Virus record (IMG/VR): IMGVR_UViG_3300036790_000500
Location: 32,001 to 96,000 of that record
DNA length: 64,000 nucleotides
Origin: a virus
Reading direction: 5' to 3' (one strand)
Shown here: one piece after another, positions 59,616-64,000 of the stretch
Layout of the letters: every line of letters starts with the position of its first letter
Position numbering within the stretch: the stretch's first letter is position 1
Notes under the pieces: model-generated
The model's database searches: none
Seen by the model: only the letters and a program-made list of their open reading frames with translations
What the model was told of the DNA's origin: nothing
Program-made: the position numbers and the translations under genes

Positions 59616-60130
59616 AGGTCACCATCACTGAGTTCCGCTCCCTCCTCGCTGAGGCCGTTCGGCAGGTAGTCGCAGAGGCGAAGAGGAAGCCGAAACTGCA
59701 CGCCCCTCGTTCCGAGGAGTCAATCGCTGACGAACGGGACCGGCAACTTCGCGGACTTCCGGGCTTCCATCACTCCGAGCCGAACAGTTTCGCCAAGCCG
59801 CTCGGCAAGCGTAACATCGTAAAGCGCCAGGGAGCCGCGGGAATGGGCAATTGGACCTCTGAGGCGCTCGAGCCCAGTGGCGGCTCCGTCAAGAGCAAGG
59901 CCCAGGAACTAATGGCCTTCTGTAAGTGGTCAGGCATGGACCAGAGGAAGGCCACGGAGTACGTCGCGAGGTACCTGAAGCAGAACTCCCCGTTGGTCAA
60001 TCCCGAAGACAACGGCTTGGACGACCCCCAGGACCTCGGCATCGAATCGACGCCGATGGCCAACGAGGGGCTCAAGGCCTTGGTGCGCATGGTCGTTGAC
60101 GAGGAAGTCCGGGTCAAGCGTGGACGTTAA
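59612..60130 (+). CDS. Head-module hypothetical protein
   Basis: MKVTITEFRSLLAEAV; ATGA coupling. Confidence 0.7.
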   Translation: MKVTITEFRSLLAEAVRQVVAEAKRKPKLHAPRSEESIADERDRQLRGLPGFHHSEPNSFAKPLGKRNIVKRQGAAGMGNWTSEALEPSGGSVKSKAQELMAFCKWSGMDQRKATEYVARYLKQNSPLVNPEDNGLDDPQDLGIESTPMANEGLKALVRMVVDEEVRVKRGR

Positions 60131-60314
60131 GCCCTTCAGGCCGGTCCAAGTGACCACCGAGGAGTGCGACGGCTCCTTTGATAGGATGCTCCGTCGCTTC
60201 ATCCGGCGCAGTCGGGAGTCCGGCGTGATGGAGGAACTGCGGGACCGCCGCGGCTTCGTGAAGCCGTCCCAACGCCGTCGCCGGCGTCCCAAAACCCGTC
60301 CCGCGGGTCGATAA
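60120..60314 (+). CDS. rpsU: Ribosomal protein bS21 homolog
   Basis: GSFDRMLRRFIRRSRESGVMEELRDRRGFVKPSQRRRR matches the S21 pattern (ALRRFKR...G...E.R.R..YEKPS). Confidence 0.88.
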   Translation: MDVKPFRPVQVTTEECDGSFDRMLRRFIRRSRESGVMEELRDRRGFVKPSQRRRRRPKTRPAGR

Positions 60315-60346
60315 CTGTCGGAGCGTCTTTTTAGGACCCAGAACCA

Positions 60347-61429
60347 ATGAGCATCGTCAAGAACGCCGTCAAGGAGTCGAAGGACGTCGCCCGCCTCGCG
60401 GTCGATGCGGCCAAGAACGAACTCATCGAGCAACTGACGCCGACGATTAAGCAAATCATCGACGGACAACTTCGAGCGGGAACGCTCGGTCGCGACGTCC
60501 TCGCCCTGGAGGGCGTGAACAGGATGCGACAGGCCGCCGACGGATACGGCGGCATCTCTGACTTTGAAGAGGGCAAGGACATGAAGAACAAGAAGGATAA
60601 GATGGAGTCCGTTGCCGCCCTTTTCCCGGGCGTCACGGAGGTCTCCGACGTCGCCGAGTCCGAGGACATGGACGAGGCGGCCTGTGAGGACAACGACGAC
60701 GGCCACGCCGACATGAAGGAGTCTGACGAGATGGGTAACGAGGGTGACGGCATGGACGAGACGATTGAAATCTCGGAGTCGGAGTTGGACGCGATGTACG
60801 CGGAGGCCCTGCAACTCGAGGTCGACGTGTCCAAGGGCTTCAAGGACATGGCCAAGCCCCATGAACTCGGCGCCGGCGCGAAGTACAACAACACCACGGA
60901 GCCCGGCTCGCTCGAGAAGTTGAAGAGCGGCGAGCACGAGTGGGACGATGAACTTCCCCCGCACAAGCAGGACTTCATCCCGGAGCAACTTCGGAACCTG
61001 GTCCGCAACGGTGTTGCGGAGAACAAGGCGCTGTCCGAGCAGAACGGTCAACTTCGTGAGATGGTGCGGAACCTCCACGGCAAACTCACGGAGATGAATC
61101 TGCTAAACAGCAAGATTCTCCACGTCAACAAGTTCATGACGGCGCACCGCCTCACCGCGGAGCAGAAGAAGACCGTCATTGAGAGCATCGATAAGGGAAG
61201 CACGGTGAAGGAAGTCAAGAGCATCTACGGGATTCTCGAGAGTTCCTTCAAGTCGGCCGGAGCGGTAAACGAGTCCACCGCTCGCCGGGCCCCCCGTGCG
61301 GATTCCCAGAAGCGCCGCACGAGCGGCGCGCCCGACACCCGAGTCCTCCGTGAGTCGGCGGACAAGGCGGAGGGCCGCGGCTTCAGCCGCTGGCAGCACC
61401 TCGCCGGACTAACGAACGGCAAGGACTGA
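60347..61429 (+). CDS. Prohead core scaffold protein (gp22-like)
   Basis: Acidic middle, coiled coil, LTEMNLLNSKIL; directly upstream of the capsid gene. Confidence 0.75.
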   Translation: MSIVKNAVKESKDVARLAVDAAKNELIEQLTPTIKQIIDGQLRAGTLGRDVLALEGVNRMRQAADGYGGISDFEEGKDMKNKKDKMESVAALFPGVTEVSDVAESEDMDEAACEDNDDGHADMKESDEMGNEGDGMDETIEISESELDAMYAEALQLEVDVSKGFKDMAKPHELGAGAKYNNTTEPGSLEKLKSGEHEWDDELPPHKQDFIPEQLRNLVRNGVAENKALSEQNGQLREMVRNLHGKLTEMNLLNSKILHVNKFMTAHRLTAEQKKTVIESIDKGSTVKEVKSIYGILESSFKSAGAVNESTARRAPRADSQKRRTSGAPDTRVLRESADKAEGRGFSRWQHLAGLTNGKD

Positions 61430-61469
61430 ACCTCTACCCAGGACCGACTGAGACTCAGGAGAACGAACA

Positions 61470-63221
61470 ATGAGTGAGAATCTGATTAGGGAAATGTCCC
61501 GGGACGTGGTTCAGCAGAACCTCCTTAAGGAGGGGAAGCGAATCCACGCCAAGTGGCAGAAGACGGGCCTCCTCGAGGGCCTCGACGACAAGCGCGGCGC
61601 GATGATTGCCCGCCTCATGGAGAACCAACTCAAGGAGTTCCTCCTCAAGGAGAACTCCACCCAGAGCGACATCATTGGCTTCCAGAACGTGGCCTTTCCC
61701 ATCATCCGGCGCGTGTTCGCCGGTCTGATTGCGAACGAACTCGTCTCGGTCCAGCCGATGAGCCTGCCCTCGGGTCTGCTCTTCTACATGGACTACCGGT
61801 ACGACACGCAGAAGGCCGGTGACCAGGCGGACAACTTCGCCACGGGCGGCTCTATCTTCGGTGACCGCAACTCGCTTCAGGACGCCAAGGGCTCGGGCGG
61901 CCCGTACAACTACTCGCCGTCCTTCTCGCTCCGTGAGCGCGTCTCGACGGCGACCTTCTCGGCCTCGTTCGCAGTGCCGACCATCGTCGACATCGAGTGG
62001 GACCCGGAGTTGTCGGCGTCGATGACGCCGACTCCGGCCGGATTCGCGAAGATGACCGTGACGAACGGCTACGCGGCGCTCGTTGCGTCGGGTGGCCTCT
62101 CGTCGGCGGCCGAACTGAAGATGGCGGTGCCGGTCTCCGGTACCTCGACCTCCTGGGCCTACGTGTCGCCGGGTAACTCCAGCAACACGGACGGCGTGCC
62201 GGTCCAGTTCGCGCAGGCCGCCGGCGTCGGTGGCCTCCACGTCTATCGTCGGTTCACCAAGGTGGCCCCGAACGGCGTCGACCTGACCTTCATCGTCTCA
62301 GGCACTGCCGCTGACGTGAACGGCGCCGCCGCAGGCGGTCCCGCGGGCGCCGCGGCCATCAAACTCAGTTGGCCCATCGCGCCGACCCTCACGGGCGGCA
62401 CCTCGGGCACCCTGACGCTCGATGCGAACGAGTCGGACCTCGGCGGCCCGGCGATGCCGGTCATTCCGCAACTCGACTTCCAGATTCAGTCGGTGGCTGT
62501 CACCGCCAAGAGCCGTAAACTCAAGGCGCAGTGGACTCCGGAACTGGCTCAGGACCTCGCTGCGTACCAGAACCTGGACGCTGAAGTTGAGTTGACCCAG
62601 GTCCTCTCGGAGCAGATTGCTCTCGAGATTGACCGTGAAATCCTCGCGGAACTTCTGTTCCGGGCGACGGGCGCGAACTACTACTGGTCGCGCGCTCCGG
62701 GCAGGTTCCTGGACAAGACGACGGGCAGCCAGGTCACGGGCGCGACCTTCACCGGTACGGTCCGTGAGTGGTACGAGACCCTAATCGAGTGCATCATCGA
62801 CGTTGGCAACCAGATTCAGCGGAAGACGCTCCGCGGAGCCGCGAACTTCCTCGTGACGTCCCCGGACGTCTCGACGATTCTCGAGGCCTCGGTGCTCTAC
62901 AAGCCGATTTACGACGCCACGGACACGATGCAGACCACGATGGGAATCGGTACCGAGAAGATTGGTACCATGTCGCAGCGGTACACGGTCTACAAGGACC
63001 CGTACTTCCCCCGCAACAAGATTCTCATCGGGTACAAGGGCTCGAGTTTCCTCGAGACGGGCTTCGTCTACGCCCCGTACGTGCCGCTCATCGTGACTCC
63101 GGTCATCTACAAGTACGATGACCTTACTCCGACGAAGGGCGTCATGACGAGGTACGCGAAGCAGTTGGTCAGGAGTGACTTCTACGGTACCCTTACCGTC
63201 CAAGACATGAACTACCCGTGA
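61470..63221 (+). CDS. Major capsid protein (T4 gp23-like)
   Basis: KW.KTGLLEGL, VSVQPMSLPSGLLFY, AKSRKLKAQWTPELAQDL, EIDREI, YAPYVPL, GVMTRY. Confidence 0.97.
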   Translation: MSENLIREMSRDVVQQNLLKEGKRIHAKWQKTGLLEGLDDKRGAMIARLMENQLKEFLLKENSTQSDIIGFQNVAFPIIRRVFAGLIANELVSVQPMSLPSGLLFYMDYRYDTQKAGDQADNFATGGSIFGDRNSLQDAKGSGGPYNYSPSFSLRERVSTATFSASFAVPTIVDIEWDPELSASMTPTPAGFAKMTVTNGYAALVASGGLSSAAELKMAVPVSGTSTSWAYVSPGNSSNTDGVPVQFAQAAGVGGLHVYRRFTKVAPNGVDLTFIVSGTAADVNGAAAGGPAGAAAIKLSWPIAPTLTGGTSGTLTLDANESDLGGPAMPVIPQLDFQIQSVAVTAKSRKLKAQWTPELAQDLAAYQNLDAEVELTQVLSEQIALEIDREILAELLFRATGANYYWSRAPGRFLDKTTGSQVTGATFTGTVREWYETLIECIIDVGNQIQRKTLRGAANFLVTSPDVSTILEASVLYKPIYDATDTMQTTMGIGTEKIGTMSQRYTVYKDPYFPRNKILIGYKGSSFLETGFVYAPYVPLIVTPVIYKYDDLTPTKGVMTRYAKQLVRSDFYGTLTVQDMNYP

Positions 63222-63255
63222 TAGCGGCCTAACCCAGGCAATGGGTTAGACGGTC

Positions 63256-63290
63256 AAGGCCCGGCGGCGAGAGTCTCCGGGCCTTTGTTG
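63256..63290 (+). terminator. Rho-independent terminator after capsid gene
   Basis: aaggcccgg/ccgggcctt stem with inner GAGA loop, followed by TTTGTTG. Confidence 0.8.
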
Positions 63291-63353
63291 TCTCCGCCGC
63301 ATGCCTCGCTTTCGGGTACAAGGCGCCGGCTCGAACGCAGAGACGAGCCGGCC

Positions 63354-63360
63354 CTACTTA
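63354..63360 (+). promoter_or_regulatory. Putative late promoter CTACTTA
   Basis: Same heptamer as 49603; preceded by a 9-bp inverted repeat at 63325-63352. Confidence 0.5.
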
Positions 63361-63459
63361 CCATTGCTCTCTCTCTCTAACAGTAGCATACTGCATCTTT
63401 ACAGAGTGAAGTGACCTGTCCCGAGCGAAGGCCTTCGGTGCCGGTCTCGGGGTATCAAC

Positions 63460-63606
63460 TTGCTCTCCCAAACCACTCAATTCGTTCATCTCCTGGTCAC
63501 CGTCGTGACCCTCTGGGTGGTGGTCCGTCGTGGCCAGGCCCCGTCCCTCGACGCCACGAGCGTCCGCCGCTGTGAGCGCTGCCGAGGAGCCCTTCGATGC
63601 CGATGA
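63460..63606 (+). CDS. Possible small membrane protein (48 aa)
   Basis: TTG start after GGGGT; hydrophobic LLVTVVTLWVVV; CERC; TGA overlaps the next ATG. Confidence 0.35.
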   Translation: MLSQTTQFVHLLVTVVTLWVVVRRGQAPSLDATSVRRCERCRGALRCR

Positions 63607-64000
63607 GCACCCCGTCCCCGACCACCGTGACGCTGCTCTCGGGCAGCACCACCGAAACCACCTCGGGTGGCACGCCCAACGGTAGGTCCAACCCGACCTG
63701 GGTGACCGGCTCGGTTTACGTCCTGAACCAAACGGCCGGCGGCGCGGCCTCCAACGTCGTCGCCAACAGCGGCTCCGTCGTGGGCCTGCTCATGGGCGGC
63801 CAACCGGTCTCGACCGGCAATCCGGTCGTCGTCACTGGCAGCGTCTACGTCATCAATCCATCGGGCGGCGGCTCCGGCGGCAACATTACGTCACAGAGCG
63901 GAAGCGTCACCGGCCTGCTCATGGGTGGCCAACCGGTGGCGGGCGCCAATCCCCTCTGGGTGACCGGCTCCGTGGGCCTTACCAACTCACCGGCCTCCAC
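63603..64000 (+). CDS. Repeat-rich virion/decoration-like protein (3'-truncated)
   Basis: Open to the window end; SGSVxGLLMGGQPV...NP.(W/V)VTGSV repeats; start may be 63597. Confidence 0.7.
   Translation, partial: MSTPSPTTVTLLSGSTTETTSGGTPNGRSNPTWVTGSVYVLNQTAGGAASNVVANSGSVVGLLMGGQPVSTGNPVVVTGSVYVINPSGGGSGGNITSQSGSVTGLLMGGQPVAGANPLWVTGSVGLTNSPAS

Noticed and set aside
80-63803. Numerous minus-strand ORFs (e.g. 12802-13797, 53921-54832, 59930-61078)
   Set aside because: They lie antisense to well-supported + strand genes, show no recognisable motifs and are expected at this GC content.
1-64000. Stop-codon reassignment as in some large phages
   Set aside because: Conserved genes are intact under code 11, and TAG, TGA and TAA all end genes at sensible points.
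1-64000. tRNA, rRNA, CRISPR array, transposase or integrase
   Set aside because: No cloverleaf, repeat-spacer array or recombinase motifs seen; intergenic space is minimal.

Overview
This 64 kb window comes from a large, GC-rich (roughly 60-65% by eye) T4-like myovirus genome. All credible genes lie on the + strand, are densely packed and use the standard genetic code. Left to right: (1) 1-18080, an ~18 kb glycan biosynthesis cluster (NAD-dependent epimerase, about nine glycosyltransferase domains of GT2/GT4/GT9/CgeB types, B12-radical SAM enzyme, methyltransferase, deacetylase-like protein, UDP-sugar dehydrogenase, and a pentose/heptose precursor set of AraD-like epimerase, RpiB, transaldolase, cupin, two HldA-type kinases and an HldC-type nucleotidyltransferase). 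(2) 18067-19886, FmdB zinc ribbon and gp55-like late sigma factor. (3) 19870-43204, baseplate/tail structural genes. (4) 43300-47927, RuvC-like resolvase, primase and a fused Mre11-Rad50 (gp47-gp46) protein. (5) 47924-49050, holin and a spanin-like protein. (6) 50058-63221, head module: terminase, portal with two HNH inteins, prohead protease, ribosomal protein bS21, scaffold and major capsid protein. The leading hypothesis is a phage-encoded virion O-glycosylation (possibly heptosylation) system: outer virion proteins, but not the enzymes checked, are strongly enriched in an [S/T]-[G/A]-S tripeptide that looks like a sequon. Other notable signals are near-total avoidance of GATC and AGCT, a recurrent CTAnnTA late-promoter-like motif, a probable ATT-initiated structural gene and a Pro-starting class 3-like intein. 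All calls come from motif recognition by eye; no database searches were run.
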